Shown here piece after piece: positions 1 to 13,878 of a DNA stretch of 64,000 nucleotides. The DNA is taken from positions 34,968,001-35,032,000 of the forward strand of contig JAQFVV010000001.1 of the NCBI GenBank assembly GCA_028023455.1, written 5' to 3'. The notes below the pieces were generated by a model. The model was not told the origin of the DNA, searched no databases, and worked only from the letters and a program-made list of their open reading frames with translations. The DNA comes from Epiperipatus broadwayi (taxonomy: Eukaryota > Animalia > Onychophora). The number at the start of each line of letters is the position of its first letter. The stretch's first letter is position 1. The position numbers and the translations under genes are program-made.

Positions 1-2519
1 TCTTAGCTGTAAGAAATAACCAAAAAGAAACATTAAGTCTGACAAAGACTGATTTACTTAATAGTCTTATCATAGTTAATATGACCACTATAATTGTCTT
101 AAACAAATACTCAGATTAAAAGTCAGTTATAGGATCTCTATGAGACTCTAATAAAACCATCAGATTGCTGGCTGATTGCTGTTCAAAATGGAAAAATAAA
201 TTGTTAACTCATGATTCAAGAAATTTCCAGTAAATTTTGTTCAATGGAAAATTATAACTTAAAGGATGAGACTAACATATGTAAAAAAAAATGGTGCTAC
301 TACAATCAGATCTGCCATGAAATTTTAAAATCCCAGAATTCACATCATCAAAAAAGATATTAACAACAAAGAACTTAATTGCTCAATTTTAATATATGAC
401 AAGATACTTAAAAACATTTGCTAATGTTCACACAAAGTTAAACAGACTAAGTAAGGTAAAAAAAATATTATTGTTGTGGTTGTTGTAACAGCCTAAAATA
501 TTTGTTTGAGATTGATAAAACTTGTTTTAATAGACTTTTTTAATCTTTCTTTTTTAATATTGCACTTTTGACACAATTAATTAAGGAAGAATAAATAAAA
601 ATAGATTTTTTAGAAAAATATCATTTCATCAGAATATTAATTTTGATATACTATATTTGTTTTATATATTAACAATATGTATAAGAATTTTATCTTACAA
701 CTATACCTTAAATCAGCACAATATTAAAAATTAAAATAATAAATTATTGGGGAAAGTAGATAAAATGAGGTTTGCTTGCATGAATTAGTCTATTTTATGA
801 TATTGTATATGAGTAATTTACCTTATATTACAATTATTTTTATTTTATTTTTAAAGTTCTTAAAGAAATTCTTCAGAGTTTAGTATTATTTGTTATCATA
901 TGTACTTCCTATTTCAGAATGCATATTATTGATACATAAAAGTAACTGCATAATAAGTCAGGCAATTAAGTTATGACTTGAGTTAGGCTTAAACGTGGCT
1001 GTAATGATGGAGATATAGGAAGTAAAAAAGGTTTATTAAACAAACTCCATGCCATTCTGCAATGATTACACATCCATTAGCTTAAGATCAATATATTTTC
1101 AAGTTAAAAGTTGAATTTGTTTTGTTTAAACTGTGTTTCTATTATATATTTTGGATGAGAACCACTGTGTTCAATGTAGTATAACATGGAGCTTTACATA
1201 ATCATACCAGTAGCAGCTTTTTTCTGATACATATTATGAATGATTGTACTCTGTGTTTACTGGTTTGCTTCATCATTCCTCTATTGACTTTTATGATATA
1301 TATACCCAATCAAATCTTCCAGATTTGCTACACACTTTCTAAAATTTGCTGCAAATCCTGAACAGTAATCTTGACAAAACATCCTAACTCAATCTGTCTC
1401 ACTATAAATGTTGGTCATGTAACAAACTTCAGCTTATCAGGTGATCTGGAAAACAACAGTCTATGTTTTCTATTGATATGTCTCAACTGTGACCAGAATT
1501 TGTAACAAGCTCCAAAGTAACATATGGTAAGTTGATTGGTTAGTGATATTGATCAAGATTACTGGTCAATTAAAAAAGGGGTCATTGCATAGACAGTATG
1601 TGAAGAGTTATCATTATTATTTACAATAATTATTTATCCACTGCAATAAAGATTTCTCTAATCCAGTTTCTCTTTTAACTTTTCTTCTCCACGTCAATCC
1701 AGCAGACTTTCTTGTTTTATCCATTTATTTCTTATGTGGTATATCTTTAAAAATTTTCAAGTCTATATCTGAGGTTGAAATATAATAATTTCTGTTTTAA
1801 TAAAAAATGATGAAAAATCATTTATTTATTATACAAAAACAATCAAATGCTTGTTTGTTGAGAGATCATGAGACCTTTATTAAAATGACAGGTATATCTC
1901 CGTCCAGAAAATTTTAATTATCAAACCTATTCTGCCAGTAATGTACCAAACCAAGAAAAAAATGATTATTGTAAATAATGTTTTTGTTAAAAAATATGAC
2001 ACTCAAAATAAATTTAGTCATAGCATACACAATATAAATATAGAAAAATAAAATATATAACATATGGAAGGTTATATATATTTGGCCTAAATTAATAAAT
2101 TTTCGTGAATCAAAATGTAAATTAAAAGCCATTAACATATTTTTTCCAATGTTTATAACCATATGTTTGAAACATAATATCATTAATAGTAGTTTTTAAA
2201 AATATAAACGTAAGCAAATATAAAGGCTTACACAATGTCATTTTAAGTATTTCTATAGAAAAAAAATATTTTGACTATCATTAACAGAAATATGAGTATG
2301 ACAATAAGGATTAAATCCATTATATAAATTTCTGTAAAACGTCGAATTAAAACATAAATAAAAAAACAAATCAAATTAAACAACTTTAGAAAATTAAAAA
2401 TTGTAATTTTAAAGGAAATTATTTTTTATAAAGTGTTTTTTTTGTAAAAAAAAATAATAATTGTGAAATCCATCAATAGATTTACTATTCTTAGTATTTC
2501 AAAGTCTTTCTTAGTTTCC

Positions 2520-2780
2520 TAGAGTTATTTTTCCCCTATTATCTCCTCAGATTTGTTTTTTGAGTTGTTTACCAAAGGCTTTCAAGCATACTAATCTTAT
2601 CAATTGTTTCCAGTGAAAAAACAACAGCTTCTGTCACAGAGTAATTAAAATATTGAAAAATCTGATTAAAGAAGACAATAATGGTTTGTTTACTATTCTT
2701 GGAAAGCAAAAATGAATTTACATTGTTGATATTTTCTATTAATCGGGAATGAGATTTTTCAGAGTTTGACCAAAACAAAC
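2520..2780 (-). mobile_element. Highly degraded RTE-like LINE reverse-transcriptase fragment
   Basis: Minus-strand ORF 2569-2778 (..TIIVFFNQIFQYFNYSVTEAVVFSLE..) loosely parallels the RTE RT segment 'lvFvDyeKAFDSVeteAV..sL'; weak, by eye. Confidence 0.25.
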
Positions 2781-3154
2781 AAAACTAAATTAATTATTTG
2801 TTGGTTTAAAATCAAAATTGTGTTCTTTTTTTAAAAACTCAAGATCATCTATTATATGTCAAAATTATTATGAAATAGAATGGTAAAATGTCAAAAAATG
2901 TCTTTTTTTAAAAAAAACAAACAAACAAAAACATTATCATTAGCATCTTGAAAAATAAAATAAAAAAGATTCATTTTCAATATATATATATATTATAAGG
3001 GTTATTTCTAATACAATTCATTTACGAATTCAGTATTGTCATTTTGCATAGCAAGTATGACATAAAGTAATAATAAGAAAAACTAAAGCTATGAGAAAAG
3101 ATAAGAAAAGGTAAACCATGACTTAGAGATCATAAATGCGAGGTATCATTCTGA

Positions 3155-3197
3155 CCAATTGAGGAAGATTGCTTTATATTTCAATCAATATTTTGAG
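3155..3197 (+). ncRNA. Decayed PLE-type hammerhead ribozyme motif
   Basis: ttgaggaa-GATTG-ctttatattt-CAATC-aata: stem II intact, core CUGANGA and GAAA mutated. Confidence 0.3.
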
Positions 3198-5879
3198 ATA
3201 TCCTTCAATTAAGAATAGATAGATATTCATTTGCTGATTAATATTGATTGAGTATATGGACTACTTACAATCTAGCTAATTGAAAAAGTTTTATATTTTT
3301 TTGAAAAATATTCTGACATATATTTCCATATTACAATATGAATTCAGATTCTAGGTCATGGACATATTGAGATTACATACTATTTACTACAATGATAATA
3401 AAAATAAACGTGTTTTAGTTAAAATTGGTCATCAATGTGAACATTACTAAAGAGATTAAATTAGTCTTTGCTATATAACCAATTTAATTTCTTACACTAA
3501 TATTTGCTTTAATTGTACTTAAGAGAAAATCTTTGTTTGTTTATTAAATATATTATTTTTTTAGTAAATAATATATATTATTTTTATGTTTTCTAACATA
3601 TTATTTTCATGTTTTTTCTTTTGTTTTATCTTCATTTAAGTCATTTTGTCATCATCACTAATAAATTTTTCTATTGAATATCTTTTATTTTGTTTTGAAA
3701 TTTATCGATTAACTTGTTCTTTTTTTACTTTGGTATGCAGTTGGTGGCTCTACCAATAAGTAGTATATATATGCATCTAGCATCTACATTTCCAATTATA
3801 TTAGTATGGTTCTAAAAAAGCTAATATCAATACAAAATATATTATCAATTATAACCTGAAATCATTAAAGACCTTTTAATTTATATAGCCAAGTAAATAA
3901 GATATATAGTTCTCATTAAACTGAAAATAGTATGTGGCTTATATTCATAACTAAGAAATCTAGATTTAATCAGTTTTTTAATACCAGCAGTTAATTTTGA
4001 AGTTAACGGGTATAGTTACAGATTTCATATATAGAATAATGCTTTTGGACTACAACTTTAAAGTTTGTCTTTTTACTAAAAAAGAATTTATAGTTCTTTA
4101 GGCATTCTTTTATTATTTTTATTAAATATTAATTATCTTTATCAAAAAATTATTAATGAAGCATCTCCTATGCAATGATTACTTAAATAACTGGTTTAAA
4201 AGGAATTATCACTGATTTAATAAAAAATTTAATATTTAAAATTAACATTTCTAACCAATTAATTAATTTAATCTTTTCATCCTTCTTGAACTTGCATATG
4301 ATTTTTTGGTTATTAATTTTGTAATTATATTAAGCTCACTGTAAATCATTAGATATTTTATTTTAGTACTTAAATAAAATTAGTAAAAAGATTATATATT
4401 TGTTGTTAACTAATAAATATTCTATAGCAGTGAATGTCAGAGTGGGGTCAGTGTATTCTTAAGAAAATATAATTTTTTTTGAAGTGCTACTAGAAAGTTT
4501 CACTCAGTCATAATAAATAAAAATAATGAATCATTTACTTATTAGTTATTAAATGATTATGAAATAAATATGTTATAATATAAATACTACTGCTAGTATT
4601 TCCTAAACCATTTCTCTTTAACAATTTCCAGATGATTTCAACTATGAAGTATAAATCGTTTTATCTTTACTGATAAGGAGATATTATGTCAACAAAAACT
4701 AAAATAAAATAAAAAATCCAACTAATATTATAAATGTCAAGTAAATTATTAAAGTATATATAAATATTTTATTGGGACTTGTGGCATTTTTTTTTCCAGA
4801 AATCTACAGATCTAGGAAAATATGCTTCCGACCTTAATGTTACTTCTGATGTTTCAATTTAAAAAATAAAGGGGGTTGAAAATAATGTAATTATTATGCA
4901 ATATTACTGTTATCTACTACAGCAAAAGTATTTTTAATAATTTTATTGACTAAATTAACTCCAGTTATGTTAGAAACTTGACAGGGTTATAGAGAATCAA
5001 AAATACTTTAGATATGGCTTTGTTTCCAGAAAAAGGCAAAAAAAAAAAAAAGTATAAAAATAACTTTTTAAATTAATTTTGTCAAGATATTTGACTAAGT
5101 TAATTAAAAATATTTGTGGATTATTTGACAATTGACTGATCATAAGTATCTGCTACATGATGATATAAAAGAGAGCTCCTACTCTAGTGCCATCTCTTAT
5201 AAGCTTACACAATTAGTAAATACCAGACATTATTGCATTTTAAATCTCATCCCAATACATTTGTTGATTACTGGCAGTTATAGTCACCAAAATTAGAGTA
5301 GGGGTTGCTCTTGTCTTATCATATATTGACTAAACTGAAGAATTAAGAGAATTGTTGTTATATGAAAGAAAGCACAAAAATGGCAAAAATATAAGGCATT
5401 AAAAAATTAAAACTGGTGTTAAATGGGGATGTATACTAGAAAAAATTTTCTTTTCCATTTTTATGTCAGTGATTTTTGAAATAGTTAATAGATGATTTCA
5501 TGAAGTGATATATGTTAAATGGTAAAGTTTTCGTCTTGAAATAATTGAAAACCAAAAAACAATAACTTAATCTTCTTTACACCTAGATTTATTGTAAGAT
5601 AGATCTATTCTTGTTAATTCAATGAATTATGTATAGACTGGTCTTAATATTTTGATTGCAATCTAAAAAAACCCATAGATATTTTAAATGTCTGTGATGG
5701 GAAAAAATCTCCAGCTGGCATGGTTATCAGCTTAAACCATGAATCAATTTAATTACACAAAAGTGGAAACTTAGATGACTATAATTCACAAGTTAAAAGT
5801 TAAACAATTTCTTTAACTAATTTTTTTGTGTGTAAAAGTGAAACATAAATCTTCTATTGATATAATATCAATGAAAAAA

Positions 5880-6080
5880 TCATATAAGAATGTATCATAA
5901 GATCGCAAATTTCTAACATGGATTTAATCTGATGAAACCGAATGTGCAATTTTAAAAGTATATTTTTTGAGTGGGTATTTGAAATGGATAAAGGATAGCA
6001 GACTTCTCAAAAAACGTATTTTAAGGTAAACTTAAGCATGATTTTTGTGAAAAAGGCAGTTCTTATTAAGGAGATAGATT
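5880..6080 (+). mobile_element. Degraded RTE LINE C-terminal fragment
   Basis: Reads GYLKWIKDSRLLKKRIL, resembling RTE 'GHv.Rm.DsRLPK.il'. Confidence 0.3.
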
Positions 6081-6289
6081 ATTTTAAAGAGCAGTTATAA
6101 CAATATATATATAAATTTAAAAAGATGCAAGACCAACCATTTTCATTTGGGGAAAAATGACAGGATAAAATACAATGAAAGCTACACTTTGGAAAGATGT
6201 TGAAGACTTTAATTTTTTTTAAAAAAAAAGATTTGTTGGGAAGTTTAAAAACATAAACAATCAGTGTGAGATGTATGTGCACAGATTTA

Positions 6290-6375
6290 AGATAATCCTG
6301 CAGGTTTACGAGTAGTTGCTAATAATGACGACGTTACGTTATACTTGGCTTTTTAAATGCCGATTGACGTAAACT
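6290..6375 (-). promoter_or_regulatory. Possible minus-strand core promoter (CpG-retaining patch)
   Basis: Local CpG cluster with CRE-like TGACGTAA (~6365); on the minus strand TTTAAAAA lies ~31 nt before a TCATT initiator-like motif (~6325). Confidence 0.3.
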
Positions 6376-7229
6376 ATTTAAAAGATTAGCAGTAAATATT
6401 ATGACTTATGAAATTTTGTGGTATTCATTTATATTATCAGAAATTAAATATTTCAGCTTTAATGAAACAATAAACTAGGAATTTATTTGTTAATGCTTAA
6501 TCCATAACTTTTTTATAATCAATTTTATTCTGATTGATTAGCAACTGAAATGTGATTTTTTTTTTTTTAAACTTAAGAGAATTTCTTTTAATTTACTCAA
6601 ATGACAAGTTGAAATTTATTTTGAACGTAGAAAAATATTAGAATTTTTAAAAAAAAGCAATGATTTTAATTTATATTTAATTAAAAGTATTATTTTTAAA
6701 TTGCGCAAAACTTCCTTTTTAAAACATAACACTTTTGTTTATTTTACTTTTAAAAGAAAATGTAAAAGAATACATTTTCTTTTGAAATTCCTGTGATGTT
6801 ACTACAATTTTATATTATTTTTAAAAAATAACTGCTGATTACAAAATGAACATGAGACGTTAGTGAAGGTTAAATTTACTTTTTAGTTAAAGAATAAAAT
6901 AGAATATTTATTTATGCGTATGTTATTAAGTTAAATAAGAACTGGTTTTCTTTTTCAAAATTTTGCATTCTTTACAACAGTGACATTCTAAGATTGAATG
7001 TTATTTATGGAAGTTTATTATTATATAAGACTTATCAGAATAAAAGTATTATATAAGACAAGCTGTGCGCCAAATATTTGTTACTACATGAACTGATTTT
7101 TACACACACTTTCCTCATGCACACATAAGCATACTGACTATGCTTAAAGTATTAAGAGGATTTATAAAAAGGGCATTAAAATATAATCTGCCATTTTCTA
7201 TTAGAGACTAAATTTTGAAAAAAAAAAGC

Positions 7230-7560
7230 CTTTATCTCTAGAAGCATTTGGAGTATGATGGAAAATTTGGAATATCATGATACAGACCTGTGGTGTAGCT
7301 GAAAAATATTTATCATAGTGTAATGCAGTTGTTATAAGGTTAAGTAATAACACTAAGATGATTAATATTAATGGTGACAGAAGAGAGCATAAATTTATAA
7401 CTCCAAAATTTTTAAAGAAAGTATTTTGTGGATATTAAAATGAGAAACAAAAATAAAATAATTTTATGGATTAAAATGAGAAACAAAAATAAAATAAATT
7501 ATTTTATATAAGTCATCTAGATTTTGCAGATGATATGATCATTCAAGCAAGACCATTAGA
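7230..7560 (+). mobile_element. Degraded RTE LINE RT fragment
   Basis: Reads ININGDRREHKFITPKFLKKVF...ISHLDFADDMII (RTE consensus 'I.i.kGVRQGd.iSPkLF...lsHLrFADD'); contains a ~26-bp tandem duplication at 7436-7496. Confidence 0.5.
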
Positions 7561-7839
7561 CACTGCATTTCTTTAGCTTGTTGGCTAGTAAAGATGGCAT
7601 ATTAATTTTTGTTTGAATTTGTTGAAGATGCAATTTTCATAATAGCATATTATATGATAAATTAAATATTAAATGCTCTATAAAGTCAGCATATCATAAA
7701 CACAATAAAGCTAAGAAAATAAAGTGAAGTCACAATACCTGCTATATTTTGTTTCAAGCCCCCTCGTGTACATCACATGTAATAGTTCACAATTTGTTGA
7801 TAAACTTTGATTTCAGTAGACTACATATACAGTACTTTT

Positions 7840-7871
<32 letters not shown>

Positions 7872-8271
7872 AATTAAGATCATAGTATTAATATATATAT
7901 ATAAATTGAGATTATAGTATAAACAAAATTTAAAAAATAATAATAAATATTTAACTTAATATACTGTACAGGCTTACACACATCTGCACATATAATGTAA
8001 TATATAAGGGATTCGAATTCAGACTTTCACTGGACCCTGTAGTTATTAATAATAAATTAAGACATGATGATTGCATATATATTTATTATGTCTCTACATT
8101 CATTCACATTCACTCAAAAAATAATACAAACTTACTGCATTATTTTTTTTAAAAAAAAAAAAGACTAGTAAAGGGTTAGATTTTTATTGCAATTAAACAT
8201 GCTTTAGATAATATCCTTTTCCTTTAGTAAACTTCTCTCCTCCTACAGAAACACTATAGTATTTTCATTAT

Positions 8272-8333
8272 TAGCAGGTTCAACCTTTCTGTTTTGATGT
8301 AAAAACATCAAAACAGAAAGGTTGAATCTGCTA
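8272..8333. repeat. 62-bp hairpin (29-bp arms, 4-nt loop)
   Basis: tagcaggttcaacctttctgttttgatgt-aaaa-acatcaaaacagaaaggttgaatctgcta; one mismatch, which is a G:U pair in RNA; TA at both ends. Confidence 0.9.
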
Positions 8334-8947
8334 TATATATATATATTGTACCTATATTGATATAGGCACATATAATTTTATCTAAAATTATATTATTAAA
8401 ATAATCATTCATAAAAGAAAAACATAAAATTAAACGTTGAAGAGTTTATTGCAGTTTGTTTTAGAAAAGGATAAGAATCAAGTAGTTTTCTAGCGTTAGT
8501 TTTTGAAATAAAAAAAGCTACAATTAATTAATCAAAAGGGGGGAGGGGGAGTCTTGGTTTGAGAAATGAAACTAACTAAAGGTTTACAAAAGGAAATAAA
8601 TAGTTTTTATAAGTATTTGTAAAAATATAATTTAAAAAATTAAAACATACAAATCTCTTTTTATTCAAGTTTAATTAAAGAAAAAATAATGTTAAAACTA
8701 ATATATGTGCGTATATATGTGCGATTGTCAACAATAGAATAAATGTTATTATAAATAAATGGAAGTTAAAGAAGATTCTTATTAAAAAACACGGCAATGG
8801 TTATTAATTAAAATATAAAACAACATCTCTGCATGGCTATTACTAATTAAGCAATCTTCCAAAACACGTTTATCAAAGGATTAATTGGTAAAGAATTTCG
8901 ACAACAGATATTTGCCGGAGGATATTGAAAAGAAAACACTTCATTGG

Positions 8948-8981
8948 TATAAATACTAAATATTTTATCGGACAATCAGTT
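8948..8981 (+). promoter_or_regulatory. Pol II core promoter P1 (TATA + Inr)
   Basis: TATAAATA at 8948-8955 and TCAGTT at 8976-8981 (A+1 = 8978, exactly 30 nt downstream of the TATA start); further CAGTT motifs follow. Confidence 0.65.
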
Positions 8982-9249
8982 GAGACATTCAGTTCACAAA
9001 GTAATTGAGTAGTGCAGTTCAGAAAATAATTGAGCAGTTAACAAACAAAATGCAGTGTTGAGAAGATCTTGGGAACGCACGTTTATCTCCAGCCCAGATG
9101 TCCTAGAAAACAGCAGATCTGCCCTGAAATAATGTCAGCTTAACATCTTAGAAAATCTCCGTCAGTATCTATTTGTCTCCGATAGTAATAATCGTGAAAA
9201 TCAGGAAACTCAGCAAGGAAACGTCCCAGCCGGCTGGTAAGCATTCATA

Positions 9250-9316
9250 ATGGAAACATTTTCACTGAAAGCAGCCTCCAAAGAACAAAATTCTACGTCA
9301 ACATTCAAAATCCTAG
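9250..9316 (+). CDS. Putative coding part of first exon 1a of an unidentified gene (METFSLKAASKEQNSTSTFKIL, phase 1)
   Basis: ATG 9250, open to donor CTAG|gtaaaa at 9316/9317, downstream of P1. An alternative strong donor CTG|gtaagc at 9236/9237 would make the exon non-coding. Confidence 0.4.
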
Positions 9317-10079
9317 GTAAAACATTTGCTTATTTTCATTTATACTGTAATAGCCATTGCATTTCATTAATTCATGCTAATCTTTCAAGAGTCTAATTAT
9401 ATGAACTCTATATCATACATAAATGAACTATTGATGTGTGTGATTAAATTTCAAATGCTATGTAGTTTTTTATTATCATTATTATGTGTGTGCATGAGTT
9501 AATATGTGCGTGATCCTTATATCAATATTATTAGTCAAAGTAGATAAATTCCCAGTGTTCTGTTATGAAAATATTCAATAATATTTAAACTATTTAGAAT
9601 GTTAATTTAAAATATGCGTGTGTTTTATTAGAAGTATAAAATGTTTAAATTTAGAAAATAAATGTTAGTTAATAAATTATCTTTCAAATTAAACTTTATT
9701 TGTCGGTCAATTCTTTTTATCAATTCCCCTTTATCAAGTCTTTTAACTACTAATTAAGTATAATCTATTAGTGATTACAAACAACTGATCTAGTCGTGGA
9801 TTTAGGCGTTGAGCTAGTGGCCTGTTCAAAGTGTGTTGTCTATTCTTTTAGTATTCTTTTAGAATAAGCAGCTGGTGCCCGTGTTTATACACAAACAAAA
9901 AAAAAGGGTGCTTTGAACTTGGTGTTGAACACAACAGCCGAGAAGAAGCTATGTCCTGGAAATGTTACGCTAGTTATATACCTTATAGCTATCGTTTGGG
10001 CATACATACTCTCCGAGTATGTTCTTCTTTGCCTAAGAGGCCGGTGTTTCGAATTCACATATTCGAACCCGGTTCAATA

Positions 10080-10620
10080 TATATATATCCTTACATATAT
10101 ATGCTTCTTGCCAATTTGTATATAAATATTTTAAAACTCTGATATGGGAAATTTTAAAATTTATTTTATTAAAAATTTATTAAAGACTTATAAAAAAAAT
10201 GTAGACAATGTGTGTGTGAGTGTAAAAAGAATCAAAATGATTAGTTGGGATTAGATAAATAGTTAGTAATGTTTAAATGTATAACAGATTCTAAAAAATC
10301 TGATTAAAAAAAAAAACAATTTTGAACTAAGATTTAACCTGAGTTAGGCTCATTGACCATTCAAATAATAAAAAGCATTTTTATTTGTTTTTTCCCTTCT
10401 GGGTGAAGGGATATGAAGATATATATATATATTCTTACATTCATGCCAATTTGTATTGGAATATAAATAAAAAAAATTTTATTAAAAATTTATTAAAAGC
10501 TTATAAGAATGAATGCACCTGTGTACATGTCGAAAGGGTTAGAAACAGTTAGCTGGGATTAGATAAATAATTAGTAATTTTCAAATGCATAACAGATTCT
10601 AGAACATTCTTTAAAAAACA
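10080..10620. repeat. Diverged tandem duplication (~330-bp period)
   Basis: Blocks such as gccaatttgta, ttttattaaaaatttattaaa, ttag.tgggattagataaata, ataacagattcta occur twice in the same order. Confidence 0.75.
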
Positions 10621-11949
10621 AAACAAAAAACAAGTAATTTAAATTTAAGCTACTTAAAATCCATTAGCATTAGATTTTAATAATATTTGTAAATGCAGGA
10701 TAATTACAAGATACTAATAGATTTCTTATTAAAACTAATTAATGAAAAGTAGAATAATTGTCTTGGTATTATCTATTTAAAGGATGATGTTTACAATGTT
10801 TAGCCTTGCAGTGAAATGGTATTGATTGATGCTTAATTACTACAAGGAAAGCAAATAGACAAAAGGTATTCTGAATTTGGAAAATTTTACTAATCAAAAA
10901 AATAAGAATTAAATGTTTAAATTGTAATCAAGCTGGTCAAAATTATTATCAGCAGAAATATTTTAATTAAAACTAATCTGGATACGTTTTTGTGGAAAAA
11001 TAGTATAAATATGTAAGTAAATGTAAAAAGAGGGTCTTTTGATCAGAAAATTCTGAACTAGGACTGTCTTTTGTTGAGAAAATTTTTTTCAAGCTGGTCT
11101 TTTATGAGTGAATTGCTCAAGTTGTCCACAAGACCTCCATCCATCAAGTTTTAAGAAGTTCAATTATTTGGCTGCTAAAAGCCACTTATTATGCTAACCT
11201 GTGACTAAAAACTAGTGTTCATTTCCTTTTCACCATCCTAAGGGAGCATGAGTTTGGAATCCTTTGCTGCCCATCTGAAGTCTGTTGACCATTATACCTG
11301 TGCTGATGTTTCTACCATCATAAATGAATTCATCCTGCTGACCTGCCATGCCGTCATTCAAGAAATCATATGCCTTGACAATTATGCCACCTTAATCATA
11401 TGGTATTCCAAAGAACAAGTCTGTCTCCAGAATTAAGTATATCGAAAAAAAGTGCCACCCAGGGTGATTGTAGTAGATAAAGTAAAGTGATTTTAACATA
11501 GTGCAACTGCTAGAAAGAGTAGTTTTTTCAATTCATATATTACCAGTATTTGTTTCAAAAAGTGTAACTGCCAAAAAACAACATTCTTAGGTTTTTTATT
11601 GTATAAAATGGTTTTTGGCTTGAGATAAACTCATTCCTGGATTACAGTGTGAATAATATGGACTACCATGTAAAAGCACATTAGAAATAATGTTCAAATT
11701 TTGTAAACACCCATAATAAAGGTATATGCAAACAGAGATAGTGCTTCCTTCATATAGATGAATAAGAAAACAAATCTTAAAGAAAGTTAGTACACTATTT
11801 CAAATAATGTTTGTGACTGATTGTTGAATTTAAATCATTTTTAGCATCATTACTTGCATAAAATTGATAATTTAATTTATTAGTAAGCAAAAGTTTTCGA
11901 GTTATAGTTTTTAATTTAATTTGAATGCATTTCTATAAAGGTATTACCA

Positions 11950-13700
11950 GTGAAGTTAAGATTCTATTTCCAAGAGATTCATCTAATAATAAATGCTAAC
12001 TTATGACACAAGATATGACTGAAACAAATAATATAGCTATTTAATTCATCATAAATATATTTGTTTGTATAATAATCAGTGATATTCAAATACTGTATAC
12101 ACAACTCTTCAAAGACTAGTGATGATAAAATTTATCTTCACAATAGTACTAGTGCTCATTTTATTAATGTCTATGCTCCAATCTTAAATTCATAGTATTC
12201 AGAAAAAAGCTTTATTTCTTATTAGAAAACATTATTACAACAATACCATTAAAAGATCTTTTTTTTTCCTTTGAGACTTAAATGCCTGGGTTGATATAAA
12301 TAGTAGACTTTGGCCAAAAGTTATTGTAAATAATGAATTTTTGCACATCACATGGATTGATTAGTGCAAACACTTTGTTAAGACAGAAAAATCATTATTA
12401 AAAAATTGATGCATTTATACCCAAAATAAAGGCATTTAATAGATAACTTTATAATTAGAAGTCAGAATACAAGAAAGGTTTACATTACACGAACACTTAT
12501 AAGTGAAGACTGTTGGATAGATCATAGATTAGTATTTTCCAAGATTAAAATGATAGATTTGGATTTTCCAATCATATTCACAAGAAAATTTGATGTTCAT
12601 TCTTGGAGGAATCTACTATAAAGACAAAATTTCAATGGTTATCTTAAGAAATGTGCTATGGACACAAATAAATCTATTTTTGGATTTACTAAAAAGAAGA
12701 ATCATTACTGTTTTTCTGACAATGATATTATTATTAGTTTTATAAATAAAAGGAAGCATGTAATATTTTCTACTTTATGTTAGAATACTGAATTAAATGT
12801 GGAATATAAAGATCTGATAACAATAGTTCAATGGCTGACAAAAAGAATGAAAAATAATTGATGGATTAAAACTGCAAAGAAGATACAGATATTTGTTAAT
12901 TGTAATCATTCTAGATTTTTTTAATGCATTAAAAGCAACATATGAAACTGAGAAAGAGTATTACAATCCTATTAAATCTAGAAATGACACTCTCTTATAT
13001 GAAGACAATGATATTTTGAATAAGTGGAAGAATGATTTTGATTATCTTTTAAATAATGATATAAAAATTGAGATAACTTCTAATAATATCTTCTATTCAT
13101 TTAGATTTTGGCAAATATATCAAACTTAATGAAGTCAAAATAGTTGTTTGTAATCTTAGAAATGGAAAGACTGCAGGTTTTTACAAAATATTTGTAGAAA
13201 TTTTAAAATATGGTAGTAATATGCTACTTTCAAAATAATTGGAATTTTTAAGAAATATATACCCATGAAATTGGCCATTTGATTCTAAGAAAATTTCTGT
13301 TGTTCCAATTTTTAAAAGTAAAGGAAATAAATGATACTATAGTTACTATTATGAAACATCATTATTATCTATTACAGAAAAGTATTTTCAAGGATTTTGT
13401 TGAATAGGTTGCTTCCAATCATAGATGAATAGTTACTAGAGATTCAATGTGGTTTTTGTTGACAGGAAAATACAAAAAAGTGTCAATAACAATACAGTGA
13501 TTTATATATAACTTTTATTGATTTGGTCAAGGTATTTGCTCCATTTAATTGAATAATAGTAATGACATTGTTTGAAATTAGTTGGCTGTCCATCAAAATT
13601 TATTAGTATTATATAGTTTCTATATGATTAAATGAGAAAAAATGTTATTACTATAGATTATTTGGAATGAAAACTTGTGCTAAATAAGGATGTGTACTTG
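11950..13700 (+). mobile_element. Degraded RTE/BovB-like LINE (AP endonuclease to RT N-terminal half)
   Basis: Motifs across frameshifts: FINVYAP (~12160), DCWIDHRL (~12510), GKTAG..IFVEILKYG (~13165), ILLNRLLP..IQCGF (~13400-13460). Confidence 0.7.
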
Positions 13701-13834
13701 CTCTCCCATATATACAATGGTCAAATATTCAGTATAAAAATTATTTGTTCACAATGTTATTATAGATATATATTTAATATGATAATCTAAATAAAATTGA
13801 AACAAACAATTAATTATATTTGCAATTATTTAAT

Positions 13835-13878
13835 TATCAACCCGGCTTTCATCTCTTATTGAGAGCGTTTCAAGATAT
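13835..13878 (-). ncRNA. Minimal type-I hammerhead ribozyme motif (U3-A8 variant) at the PLE 3' end
   Basis: Minus strand TATC-ttgaaaa-cgctctcaataagagat-GAAA-gccggg-T-T-GATA: 4-bp stem I, UUGAAAA core, ctct/agag stem II, near-palindromic stem III. Confidence 0.5.

Noticed and set aside
10900-11440. Possible mariner HTH remnant and 62-aa ORF
   Set aside because: Similarity too weak to call by eye.
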